A DNA stretch of 53,532 nt, filler included, from Jimgerdemannia flammicorona (Eukaryota), in NCBI GenBank assembly GCA_003990765.1. It is 2 parts of 2 records of this genome, joined end to end, with 100 filler letters (N's around TTAATTAATTAA, not from the genome) between each part and the next. Parts side by side here need not be neighbours in the genome. Positions count along the whole stretch, not along the records: positions 1 to 26,718 come from RBNJ01000700.1; 1 more part is not named here. The stretch is one strand, 5' to 3'. Numbering within the stretch: position 1 is the first letter of the stretch; the number at the start of each line of letters is the position of its first letter. Under the pieces are notes generated by a model. It made no database searches, was not told the DNA's origin, and worked only from the letters and a program-made list of their open reading frames with translations. Both the position numbers and the translations under genes were made by a program. This document shows, piece after piece, positions 11,301 through 23,900 of the stretch.

Positions 11301-13709
11301 CTTGGATTGAATTTTGAAAATGTTGGAGAGGCATGCATGGTATTCACCAACATGTTCTATGTAGTACATTCAAATAGAATGAGGGTATTGTCCACATGGT
11401 GCATAACCATCTACAATTCTCTTATACCAGTTTTCATCATCTTCCTTCATCATAGTGATCTTTTGACTGGGGGGTTTGTTGGTTGAACCAAACTCTTTCT
11501 TGCCACAGTCTGTCTGGGAGAGCTCAGGGACTTCTTTGATAGTGAGATCTTGATGGATTTCTTCAATGATTGCTTGGACAATCCTTTGGCCTGTTTTGAC
11601 TTCAAATGATGTGTCTTAAAAATTTTGCAAGATGACATGGATTTCACTAGTAAATCCTTGGTCAACTACTCCTCCTCCTAGCCCAATGTTGAACTCTTTG
11701 GCTAGACTGCTTTACTCAGCAAGACAGATATATATACCTTTGGGAGCTTGTATTGCAATCCCTGTTCACACTATAGCATTGGTACTTGGTGGAATGGTGA
11801 GGTCTTGGCTACTGTAGAGATCATATCCAGTATCAGTTGGGTGGGCTTTAGTAGAGATGGTAGCCTTGTACCATATCTTCTATACTTTGATAACATTCTT
11901 GGGGTTCTTCTTTCCTGGACCTTCTTCAATGATAGTAATGTTCTGGTTACTGGATTTGCCTGATCTGTTTCTCTTCTCAGGGTATTTGAATGAGATATGT
12001 CCTGCCTTCTTGCAGATGAAGCACAATCCCTTTTCATGGAGCTGCTTCTTTTCATCCTCAGTGGGAGGTCTGGGTCCTCTGGGGTTTTGCTGATTCCTTT
12101 GATCATTTCTCCTGGTAGAATTTCTCCTATCTTGGTTATTCTTCTTGTATTCTTGATTTCATAGAGCTTGCACAGCAAGGATTTCATGGGCTCTTCTTTG
12201 TACTTGGGCAAAGCACTATGAGTAGTGGGGGCATCCTTGGGGAAGACCTTGTTCCTTGATCTTCTGGGTGAGCCAGTCTGGTAGGGCTGCAAAAAGGTGA
12301 TTGGCTCTGGTACCATTTATGGCCAAATTGTTCTCCTGATAGGTAAGTCCAACAGTTTTGAGATAGGTGTCCATTCTGGTAGCAAAGGTCTTTAGATCCT
12401 CCTTGCCATTTTTGTGGGACTTCATCTGGGACAGTTTGTTCTAAGTTTCTTATATGTAGACTGCATTTCGGAATTTGGTCAGTAGCAAGACCTTGAGTTC
12501 TGGGCCTACTTCATAGTCATCCCAACCTGGTCTATTGTTGGCAGGTACTTGTCCATTAACTTGAGGGCAGTCTTCCCAGGTTACTGAGTGTTGTTCCAAG
12601 GTATGCCAGAATTCAGCTGCTATTCCAGTGAAGAATGTGGCTACTGTTTCCACTTGTACTGCTGATGTGGCAAACAGCTGTTGATGGGTGCTGTCCTAGT
12701 TATTGGTAAGCATTCTTATAGACACTCGGTTGTTATTCCATTGGTTTGCTTGGTAGCCTATATTAACTGCATTGATGAAGTTTTCAATATCGCTGTTTTT
12801 TCCACTGAATGTTGGGATTTGCAGGGTCTTGGTTGATTTGTTCTGTTCAGCAATCTGTCCTACTATCCCTACTAATACTGCTAGCTGGGTAGTTAGTGCT
12901 GCAATGTTGGTATCTACCATTGTGTTGACTATTGGTAGTAGTCCTGTTGGAGTAGATTCTCCTGAAGATTGTTCTGCTTGGTGGGGTTGTAGTGCTGTAT
13001 GACTTAGAGTCACTTGATTTCCAGATATCAAGTCAAAGAGTCCTGTGAGAGAGGGTAAACCAAATCTCTGTATAGGTGGCTGGGTTGGCTCTGGGGTCTG
13101 GTCTTCTTGACCTGTAGTTCCTTGGTAAATTCCTAGGCCTGCTATTCCTCATTGGCTATCATCAGACTGGTAACCTGTAGAGTCTTCATCTGACTTCCTT
13201 CCCTGATGAGAAAGTGCATCCTCATACCGACTAGGTCCTTCAAAGAGGATATCAGTCTTTGGCTAAGTAGATGGGCCTACTTCTTGTTCAGCAGTAGGGG
13301 ATGGGTGGCCTGCTTGCTCATTCTCATATCTGGTTATGGCAGAGACATAGTATACAACTAGCCTATAGTAGAGGGATGTCTTGGTAGGGGTATGATGATA
13401 TCTGTCAGAGGTAATCTACTTGACAGCTACTTCTCTTGCAGCAGGGGGTGTGATATAATCTAGAAAATCCTGGGTGGCTGCAGCAGTAGATTCTGGGGTC
13501 CTAGTGATTCCAATATATCCTTGGAGGAGTTCATAGAATCTATGGTGGCTGACAATATTCCTAAGTCCTGGGTGGTAAGTCCTAAAGGCCTGGTATAGAT
13601 CCTTGTAAGCCTGGTCAATTACAAGCTAGTGGGTCCTTGGGTCTGTGGTTTCCTGGTACCATCTGGTCCTAATGGTAAGGGCTTCTCTGGCTCTGGTTTG
13701 AGGATCCAT
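8306..13709 (-). pseudogene. gag-dUTPase-protease-RT-RNaseH-integrase polyprotein (decayed)
   Basis: ATG at 13709 is in one frame with ORF-track pieces starting 13031, 11369, 10487 and 10136; the stops I read are TAG/TGA/TAA derivable by C>T or G>A; frame break near 9855. Confidence 0.9.
11481..11891 (-). pseudogene. dut: Trimeric dUTPase domain inside the Gypsy polyprotein
   Basis: Minus-strand translation has all five motifs in order: HPTDTGYDL, E*SSLA, GGGVVDQGFTSEI, GQRIVQ, TDCGKKEFGST. Confidence 0.92.
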
Positions 13710-13794
13710 AGTTGGTTCTGGGTGTTACTCCTGTCTAAGGTTGGTCTTGTCTAACTTCAGGAGTGTGTTCTTTGATGTCTTCTTGGCTGGTAAT

Positions 13795-13806
13795 CTGCTG
13801 CTACCA
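13795..13806 (-). promoter_or_regulatory. Primer-binding site, probably initiator tRNA-Met
   Basis: TGGTAGCAGCAG begins 3 nt after the LTR terminal CA; TGGTAGC matches the start of iMet-type PBSs. Confidence 0.75.
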
Positions 13807-13809
13807 AGT

Positions 13810-14606
13810 TGTAATAACTCTCACTTCTACCCCTCTCTTATTCTTTGGATAATTAGGGAAGTGAACCATTACTTAGAGACTTAGTACACAATGTATACCA
13901 AGAAGCCTTTAGTTGAGAAAGTGCTCGCTTATAAGTAGTTGTAGCAGCAGTGCCTTCTATTTCAAAGGTCTTTCTCTGGTTTGCCTTCTATTTCAAAGGT
14001 CTTGTTCTTTACTATATATAGACAGAATTTGCTTTAGAATTCAGATTCAATGGGTTTACTTAAGTCTTTGGGGATTTATATACCAGTCTCAGTTCTGGCA
14101 GAAGTTAGCTAGGCTTCTGGAGTTTAGTCAGAAACACTAGAGTCACTTAGATGTCATTACTAGGACTCAGAGGAATGTGTGAGTGTGGGGGGGACTTGAT
14201 TCTTATATCAAGGACTGAACTAAAACTGCTTTATTTTGGATGGAAACTGGGGGGTATTTATATAAGTTGGTTTGCAATTTCTGACTAAGTATGAGTGACT
14301 AATTTGGTAACTATAATGAGGTTTGTGATCATGACCTTTGTCAGGTGGTTTTTGGCAAAAACAACTTTGTGATCAGGACTTCAATTACTAGGCAATGATC
14401 AGCTACTGTGGCAACTGTTGCTGTAGCACTGATTGTCAGAAATAAGCTGAATATCATTTTTCACATTGTTTTTGCATCATTCGTTCATTCATCACTTGCT
14501 ATTCATATGCTGCACTTGATTGTATGATGACATCATTGCCGCTAGGTCATGTGATCACTTGTCTCATCACATTCCATCTGTTTGCTTATTTGTTTGTTCT
14601 ATTACA
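13810..14606 (-). repeat. 5' LTR (~797 bp)
   Basis: TGTAATA...TATTACA termini; homologous to 17072-17845 and 18192-18955. Confidence 0.92.
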
Positions 14607-15950
14607 TATGGGTACCATTCACACTACCACAGAAGCCATCCACTTGCTCAGATACTACCTTCCTGATATCAGCCATGTGGGCCTCATCTACCTCATACCC
14701 TTTATCATCCAGAAGTGCTGCCACCATTGCTGTCACCAACTTTGGCCCCTGTATTGCCACATTGAGGAATCCTTCCCAGGTCTTCTGAGATCTATTAAAC
14801 ATATTGACTTCCTTGATATCCTCCTCTGCCAGTTCCTCAAGCACTGCCTGATATCAGTCATTAGCCATCATCACCAGAGAGTCCAGAGTGGCAGGCCTTG
14901 GGGTCCTACTCAGCTCCTATAGCATCTCTCTATCTGCTAATACATCAGAGGCCATATCCACCAGATCATTCTCCTCAGCCCCCTTCTTCAGCCACACCAC
15001 CTTGCCTGCCTCTGACTCCCAATGCACATTTGCTGCTTCTGCTATGTGAATATCCTCCAACTGAGTCTCTGGTACTACCTCAATAACCTCCTTGAAACCT
15101 CCTCCATTCAACTCCTCCTTATCAGCCCACTTTCCCTTTACTGGCACATAAGCTGAGGTCTCCACACCCCCCAGTTGTGAAAAAGACACCTTGACTATCT
15201 CCACCTCTTCCACCTAACTCTTGGCCATCTCTGCCCTTTCCTCTTCCTCTGCTTTCAAGCTCTGGAGGACTGTCTGCAGGTATTCCCAGTTCATTCTCTG
15301 CCACCTCTTCCTCCTCTTATCTCCTCTTTTACAATTCCTTCACAGCCTCTCTCTCCTTCAGAGCAAGCAACAATTCTTTCTCCTTCTGTTCAGATTCTTT
15401 CCTCCTCCACACCTTATACTCCTATCCTCTAACATAAATCACTTCTGGCTAGTCCCTCTCTATCCCTATGGCCTTCTTACCCTCCAGCCTCACCATAATC
15501 TCACAATTGCCATTCCTCAGCTTAGTCCACTTCCAGAACATGAACCTGAAGTTGACCATCTTACTTAATCCCCCCAGTGCCTCCACCACTATTCCTTTGG
15601 TCTCCTGTCTCCCAAGAGTCAGCAATCCTTCTACCACCAGATGGATGGCATGTGGATCCCACCTCAGGTACTTCACTATACCAATCTTGATGCTCTTGAT
15701 CACTAATCCTTTCTCCAGAGCCTTCACCATCTCCTCCTCCTCTACAAAGCTGATCTCTACTGCCTCTATAAATGGGATAAACTTTAGAGACTCTGCACCA
15801 GCAATCTCCTCACCCACTAGCCACAAAACTTCCCTGGCAGACAAACCCAGCCCCAGAAAATTTGCTGAGATCACCTATGTCGATACTGATTTATAGAAAA
15901 AGAGATGCACCACTAGTTTGCCAGAGCCTGCTGCCATTGTCATCTTCCCA
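14607..15950 (-). mobile_element. Divergent LINE ORF1 relic, cut by the Gypsy LTR
   Basis: VKYLRWDP and GYEVDE...VVSEQ segments align with ORF1 of the LINEs at 19-23 kb (VWYLR*DP; SYEVDE...IVSEQ). Confidence 0.8.
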
Positions 15951-16018
15951 AGGATGGCCAGTCCTCACAAATACACCAACCAGATAAAAAAAAAGAGAAC
16001 CAAGACCTGCTAACCCTG

Positions 16019-17845
16019 TGTAACCACAACTACAAGTGATAATATCTTTGAGATCACGATTTTCTCATATGACTAGCACATGCTGACTTACAGCAACAGG
16101 TCACACATTTTGTTAGAAAGCATGACCAAAAGAAGATCACACCAGATGGGTGAATAAGTATAAATATCTAAGGCAATAATGCTCTACAACTCTTATCCCC
16201 CTCTCCTTACAAAGAAAAAAACAAAGACAAGAATATCTGCTACCTGCTGCCAAACTGCCCACCATAGCCAGCCCCTCTCAAGCCAGGTTGACTGCCTTTT
16301 TGGACACATCCAGGTTGCTATCCAAGAAAGGAACTGCTGCTCTGAGGCCCTTAACCTCTCCAGCCTGGACCTAGGACAGTATGTTCTTAACTGCTATAAA
16401 CTTATTAAAAGGGCCTACCTTGCTATCAGCTGCCTAGAGATCTAGCATAAATATAAAATCAGTCACCAACTCCTCCAATGAGCAAAGAACCTACCCACTG
16501 ACCAGAGCTCAGACTAGACCCACCTGGATAGGTATGAGCAAAGACTTGCTAAGAAGGTCTATCAAATCTTGTGCCATGCACTCTTTGCAATCTCCAACCT
16601 CAACTATGTCCAACTGAAGGATTTCCAGACCCTCTCTTTTCCTGAGATTGATGAGCTAGATATCAAGGTTATCCAAGAAGCCAACTCCTGAATTACCCTC
16701 AAGTCTACTGACTGCAAACTCCACTGGAGTCCTCTTCTGAATGACAACCCAGACCAATATCTCCAAGGCCTCTCTGACCTCTTTGAAGAACCACCTATCT
16801 GAATGGATATCCTCAGACATAAGAATCAAGAACCCTACTTAGATGGTCCCAACTATATCAGATGGAGAACTCCTACACCAGTACCCATCCCAATGTAAGA
16901 ACTATTTGCAGACCTCATTGACTTCTCTATCCTGGGCAGCAAGCCATTAGTAACCATTCTCTCTGCTACTAAAGAAAATGGCAACAATACTGAAGAAGGC
17001 TCTCCACCTTTCTCTCTCCTAGTTCTCAATTTTTTAATCAACAAGGATGTTGATTTCTAAGGAGAGAAGGATGTAATAGAATGAGTGACATGATGAGTGA
17101 TCATGTGACCTGGTGATGATTTCATTATATGATCAAGTGTGACATATGAATAATGAATGACAAATGAATGAACAATGCAGAAAATGATACAAAAAATGAT
17201 ATCTAGTTTATCCCTGACAATTAGTGTCATAGTAACTATTACTATAGTAGCTGATTATTGTCTAGTAATTGAGATCCTGATTATAAAGTTGTTTTTGCCA
17301 AAAACCACCTAATAAAGATTGCAATCACAAACCTCATTATAGTTACCAAATTAGTCACTCATACTTAGTTAGGAATCATAGACCAACTTGTATAAATACC
17401 CCCCAATTTCTATCCAAAATAAAGCAGTTTTGGTTCAGTCCTTGATATAAGAATCAAGTCCTCCCCACACACACACATTCTCCTGAGTCTTAGTAATGAC
17501 ATCTAAGTGACTCTAGTGTTTCTGACTAAACTCCAGAAGCCTAGCTAACTTCTGCCAGAACTGAGACTGGTATATAAATCTCCAAAGACTTAAGTAAACC
17601 CATTGAACCTGAATTCCAAGGCAAATTCAGTCTGTGTACAGCAAAAAATAAGACTCTTGAAAGATAGGGCAAATCAGAGAAAGACCTTTGAAACAGAAGA
17701 TACTATCACTACAATTACTTATAAGTGAGCACTTCCTCAAACTGAAGGCTTCTTGGTATACATTATATACTGGGTCCCTAAGTAATAGTCTTACTTCTCT
17801 AATTATCCAAAGGATAAGAGAGGGGTAAAAGTGAGAGTTATTACA
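16019..17845 (+). mobile_element. 3' part of a Gypsy element of the same LTR family: extra ORF, PPT and LTR
   Basis: Decayed ORF from 16179; PPT aaggagagaagga at ~17059-17071; LTR 17072-17845 (tgtaata...tattaca). Confidence 0.85.
16179..17060 (+). pseudogene. Additional ORF of unknown function upstream of the 3' LTR (~290 codons)
   Basis: Single frame with only transition-type stops; C-terminus (DGPNYIRWR...LIDFSIL) repeated at 17959-18156. Confidence 0.65.
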
Positions 17846-18955
17846 GGAGCCCCCTCTTGAATGACAACCCAGACCATTGGCTCCAAGGCCTCTCTGACCT
17901 CTTTGAAGGACTACCTATCTGAATAGATATCCCCAGGTATAAGGATCAAGAACCCTACTTGGATGGTCCCAACTACATTAAATGGAGAATACCTATACTG
18001 GTACTCATACCAATACAAGAACTATTTACAGACCTCATTGACTTCTCTATTCTGGACAGTAAGCCATCAGCAACTACCTTCTCTGCCATTGAAGGAGAAG
18101 ACAACAATACTGAAGAAGACTCCCCACCTTTCTCTCCCCTGGTTCTCAATTTCTAAATCAATGAGGATATTGATTTCTAAGAGAGGAAGAATATAATAGA
18201 ATGAGGCATGAGGAGTGATCATGTGACCTAGTAAGCAATGACATCATATGATCAAGCATGATATATAAACAATGAATATAACAAATAATATAAAATAATG
18301 TGAAAAATAATATCCAGCTTATCTCTGACAATTGATATTACAGCAACTATTACTATAGTAGCTAATCATTGCCTAGTAATTGAGATCCTGATCATAAAGC
18401 TGTTTTTATCACAAACTACCTAACAAAGGTCATGATCACAAACCTCATTATAGTTATCAAATTAGTTACTCATACTTAGTCAGAAATTGTGGACCAACTT
18501 GTATAAATACCCCCCAGTTTCCATCTGAAATAAAGTAGTTTTCGTTCAGTCCTTGATACAAGAATCAAGTTCTCCCTCTATACACACATTCTCCTGAGTC
18601 TTAGTAATGATACCTAAGTAACTCTAGTATTTCTGACTAAATTTCAGAAGTCTAGCTAACTTCTGCCAGAACTGCAACCAGTATATAAATCTCCAAAGAC
18701 TTAAGTAAACCCATTGAACCTGAATTTCAAAGCAAATTCAGTCTATGTACAGCAAAGGACAAGACTCTTAAAAGATAGGGCAAATCAGAGAAAGATCTTT
18801 GAAAGATAAGACACTACCACTATAATTGCTTTCAAGTGAGTACTTCTTCAAACTGAAGGCTTCTTGGTATATATTATATACTAAGTCCCTAAGTAATACC
18901 TTATTTCCCTCAGTATCCAAAGGATCAGAAAGGGGTAGAAGTAAGAGTTATCACA
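17846..18955 (+). mobile_element. Second Gypsy 3' end (extra-ORF tail, PPT, LTR 18192-18955)
   Basis: 17846-18191 is a diverged copy of ~16726-17071, followed by a third LTR copy. Confidence 0.85.
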
Positions 18956-18985
18956 TTATTCTTAAAAAGCAGTAGTACTATAACA

Positions 18986-20988
18986 GATACCTTTCTTAGT
19001 TATCACTCACATTATACACACTTTTATAACATACTTTCTAAGTATTTATTGGAGAAAGATACTAAGCTTATGGCAACCAATAAGCAAGCTAACATGTATA
19101 CTAAGTTGGGTGGACCTAGAGCCTTTGACTGGCAACATATCAGACAAGAGTATAGACTAGAGATGGGGTCCTTTGGTGGTCTGAGTGGGCAGGGCAGTTC
19201 AGGTAGTGGTAGTGGTACTAGAGGAGAGGTAGGAGGGCAGAAGGAGAGGAGCTTTGTGGATACTCTGAAGACTGGAGATTGGCCTGTGGGTACTTGTAGT
19301 AGGTAGGCAGATGGGCCCAAAGAGGAAGGGGAATCTGGCTGATGGTGTAACAGGGCTGGCAGTAGCACTGTTACTCAAGAAGTCAATCTTGGAGTTCACA
19401 GCAACCTTGTGCTTCAGGGGCTTAGCAGTAACAGTAAAGATGGTTCTGGGGATTATCTTGAAGCAAGTGGCTGGAGCTGTCTTGGTGAAGTTCCTGAAGG
19501 GATTGGAGGGAGTTGAATTGGGTTTTGAGGAGGTGGGTCTGCTGAAGAAAACATTGAAATCTGGAGTAACTGTTGATGAGATAGTGATCCTATGATATGG
19601 TATTTAAAATGAGACCCCAGAGTGATTTAGTTACTAGTGAAGAGAGTACCTATGGTGATGAAGGTTGAGACTAGGAGGAGGGTGGAGAAGGTGATGGTAG
19701 AGTATAGTAATATAGTCAATATTGGTTTCCAGATGTGGGAGGAGACCACTTTCAGGATGAGTAATATAGATGTCAGGATTAGACTAGCTGGGAGAGAGGC
19801 CACAGAGAAGGTAAGTGACTGGCCTTTAGTGATGATGTGGGGGACTTTTGTCTGTAAGGTATTGAGGGTAAAAGAGAGTGAAGTGGAGGAGGAAGACTTG
19901 TTGGGGGCTCTGGAGGAGATGAGTGGAGCAGTAGAGTGGAGGGTGAAGACCTGAAAGTTGTATATAGAGTTAATACATTTGGAGATTGTGGATGAGAAAT
20001 ATATTCACACTGATAAGAGGCAGTGGAAGAGAGCTCAGGGGTGCAAGAAGCAGAGAGAGTTGCTGGTGAGTATAGAAGTAGGGGTGAAGAAGAATATTGG
20101 GGGCACTGAGAAGTCTAGGGGTGTGGAGGTGAGTGTCTGGGCTAGTGAGGGAGGAGGGGATGCAGAGGAGGGCCTGGATGGGGCCAGAAAGATGCCACAC
20201 AAGGACCCATTTGTGGATGGTACATTCAAAGTCTGGGAACCAGTCTTGGCAACACACTCTCTTCAGTCAGGTAAGGTCCTGCTGTGAGGGGCCAGGCAGC
20301 AGAGGATGAGCTAATGTGGGGTACTCAGTGAGTACACTTTGGAGTTCCTGATATGGTGAAAGGAGGACAGGTAGTGGCAGTTGGCAAGGATGAGCTGGTG
20401 GATGTCCCAGAGGAGAGGTGGGATGAGACTACAAGTATAGGGGCTGATATCATAATGCTGGATACAGGAAGACCAGGGACACTGAGAGGGAAGAAGGTGG
20501 AAAACCTGCTGTAGATGAGCCAGATGATAGATAACTTTACAGCAGAAGAGTTGAGAGAAGTGGACCTGAGAGTGATGAGTGAGGAGTATTGGGCATGGAT
20601 CCTATGTAGAGATAGGGTGGTAGAGACACTGAAGGCAGAGGTACTTGCAATTTTTCTGGAGGAGGAGAGTTATGAGGTTGATGAGGAGAGGAGGGCTGAG
20701 CTGATAGTTATTGTCAGTGAGCAGGCTACCTACTGTTGGACAGAGCATCATGGTTTGCAACTCTAGCAGGAGGTATGTCTGGAGTATCATGAAGACTTCA
20801 AGGAAAAGGTGGATGGGGAGATGGCTGAACTTCTGATTAGACTGGAGGCAAAGATGGCTGAAGAGAAGAGATTGACTGCTGAACATAACTTGGACTTGGC
20901 AAAGGAGGGAATGAATGTAGATTTGTAGAGGATGAGCTTGATAATTAACATTATTTCTTATGAACAGTACAATAAACATTTTCTCTCT
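18986..20988 (+). mobile_element. L1-like LINE, 5'UTR + ORF1 only (ORF1 ~19070-20928)
   Basis: Colinear with 20989-23125; breaks just inside the ORF2 start (ttttctctct). Confidence 0.85.
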
Positions 20989-23900
20989 GACACCTTTCTC
21001 AGTTACCACTCACATTATACACACTTTCACAACATACTTTCAAGCATTTATTGGAGAAAGGTACTAAGGCAATGGCAACCAACAAGTAAGCCAACATGTG
21101 TACTAGGTCAGATAGACCTGGAGCCTTCAACTGGAAACATGTTAGATGTGGATATGGATTGGGGATGGGGTTGTTTGGTGGTCCAAGTGGGCAGAGCAGT
21201 TCAAGCAATAGTAGCAGCACTGGGAGAGGAGCAGGAGGACAGCAGGGGAGGAGCTTTATGGATACATTGAAGAATAGTAGATGGCCTATTGGATCTTGTG
21301 GTAGACAGATGGAGGGGAAGGGAAAGCAGAAGGAAGGAGAAGAGAGAGGTGCTGGACCTCAGCCAGTGGGAAGAAGGGCTAGTGGAGTGGCAGCTGGGAG
21401 TAGGGGGGGGATTGCTGATGGTGGCATGACTGAGAATCTGGAAAAAAATCCAGATATGACTGCTGATGAGAGGGCTGGACAGATGGGCCCAAAGAGGAAG
21501 GGGGACCTGGTGGATGGTGTGATAGGGCTTGCAGTGGCACCATTACTCAAGAAGTTGATCTTAGAGTTTATAGCAACCTTTTGCTTCCAGGGTCTGGTGG
21601 TAATGGCAAGGATGGTTCTGGGAATTATCTCAAAGCAGGTAGCAGGAGCTGCCTCTGTAAAGTTTCTGAAGAGATTGGAGGGAGTGGAGGTGGGTTTTGA
21701 GGAGGCAGGTCTGCTGGAGGAGGTATTGAAGACTGGTGTAGCTGTAGGAGAGGTGGTGGTATCTATGGTATGGTACTTGAGGTGAGACCCCAGAGTGGTT
21801 CAGCTACTAGTGAAGGGGGTACTAACAGTGATGACTGTGGAGATCAGGAGGAGGGTTGAGGAGGTGATAGCAGAGTATGGTGATGTGGTGGATATTGGAT
21901 TTCAGATGTGAGAGGGGACTACTTTCTGGACAGAAGATGTAGATGTCCAGATTTGGCTGGCTGGGAAAGAGGCCACTAGGAAGACAAGCAACTGGCCTTT
22001 AGTTATGCTGTGGGGGCTTTCATCTGTAAGGTATCAAGGGTGAAGGGGAGTGAAGAGAAGGAGGAGGATCTGTTAGAGGCTTTGAAAGAGAGAAGTGGAG
22101 CAGTCAAGCAGAGGGCTAAGGCCTGGAAGGTGTATGTGGAATTGATGTATTTGAAGATTGTGGATGGTAAATATATCTATACTAACAAGAGGCAGAGAGA
22201 GTTGTTGGCAAGCATGGAAGAAGAAGTGAAGAAGAATTGTAGGAGGTATTGAGAAGTCTGGGGGCACTGAAGCAAGTGCCTAGGCCAGTAAGGGGGGAGT
22301 ATATCAAGGAGGGTTAGGATGGAGCAGAGAAGCTACTGCACAATGACCTTTATGTAGATGGTACATTTGAAGTCTAGGAATAAAACTTTGATAGCACCCC
22401 CCCTCTTGTTAGTCAGGTCCTACTGTGAGGAGCCAGGCAGTAGAGAATGTGCTGATACATAGAGCCCAGTAGGTATATTTTGGAGTTTCAGATCTAGCAA
22501 AAGGAGAACAGATAGTGGCAGTTGGTGAGGATGAGCTGGTGGATGTGATGGAGGAGGAGTGGGATGAAACTACAAGTGCAGGAGCCAATACCATGATGCT
22601 GGATACTGGAAGGCCCATGATGCCAGGGAGGAAGGAGGTGGGGAACCTACTGTGGTTATACCAGATGATGAACAACTTTGCAGCTGAAGAGTTAGGAGAA
22701 GTAGACCTGTGAGTGATGAGTGAGGAGCATTGGGCATGGATCTTACAGAGTAATGGGGTAGTAGAGGTACTGAAGGTAGAGGTGCTTGCAATTTTTCTGG
22801 AGGAGGAAGGATATGAGATTGATAAGGAGAGGGAGACCGAGCTGGCAGTGGTTGTGGGTGAGTGGGCTGCCTTCTGTTGGATAGAGCATCATGGGCTGAG
22901 ACTCTGGAAAGAGACCTGTCTAGAGTACCACAAGGACTTCAAGAAAAAGGAGAATGAACTTCTGGTGGGTTTGGAGGCAAAGGATGCTGAAGAGGAGGAT
23001 TTGGCTGTTGAACATGACTTGGACTTGGTACAGGAGGAGAGGTATGTGGATTTGTAGAGGATGAGTAGAGTATTTCTTCTAAAAAACATTATTCCTTATA
23101 AACAGTACAACTAATATTTTCTCTCTAAATGTGAATAGACTACAGGGATCTGAGCAGTATAAGAACATTTTTACTTGGCTTAAGAGTTTGGAGGCTGACC
23201 TCTTTTTGCTGCAGGATGTCCATTGTGAGGATGATGAGGATCAGGAGACTTAGACTAGAGAATGGGGAGAAGCTGTAGCTTGGATTAACAAAGTGGCAAT
23301 TTTGGTGTAGAGTAATAAAGGGGACTTAGGTGGAATAAAAAGCTGGGGGACTGTTGGGTGTAGGGGGAATGACATAGGCCTGGGTGGGTGCCAGTAAAGT
23401 TTAGGTCTTGCTATTGCCTAGCAGTTAGGGGTGAGAGGATTACATGGATTAAAGGTTTTTTGAAAGAGAGCACTCTTCTGGAGGAGGGGGTCAATATTCT
23501 GGGAGGAGACTTTAATATGGTACAGGATATTCAGTTGGATAGAACTGATGGAGAGAGGAGTGCTGGTGGAAGGAGTGGTGGCCTAGACATATGGGAGGAG
23601 GTGGAGAACCTTAGCTCCCTGGGAGATATGGGCAGGATAGAGTGGGGAGACAGGAGGATCTACACACACTGGGTGAATGGACTGGGTATAAGAATTGACT
23701 GATCCTGACAGCCAAATGCTGGGGAATCAATGTTTAGAAGACTCTGGAGTTAGAGTGGTGCCCATGGTCTGATCATTGGGGTCTCTTGGAGCAGGAGCAG
23801 TTTGGGGGGAGTGGAGATGGACCTGGACATTGGTATCTTAACTTCTCTCTGCTGGCTGAGAAGGTTTTGTAGGACCCATGAGTGGAGGACATCCAAGTGA

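Larger units (their letters stand above)
8306..14606 (-). mobile_element. Ty3/Gypsy LTR retrotransposon, 3'-truncated and mutated
   Basis: 5' LTR, PBS, gag zinc knuckle (CFICKKAGH), protease (LLDSSATGNYIS), RT (FVYIDDILIYS), RNase H, integrase (MDFIVQLP; ends KKLYARRIGP); RT-RH-IN order. Confidence 0.95.

Noticed and set aside
10524..12093. Plus-strand ORFs opposite the Gypsy polyprotein (likewise those opposite the CRN-type and esterase genes)
   Set aside because: Antisense shadows of real coding frames.
8306..17845. Idea that the minus-strand Gypsy body and the plus-strand ORF-LTR are one element split by an inversion
   Set aside because: The 5' flank (ccata) does not match the sequence after either plus-strand LTR (ggagc, ttatt).
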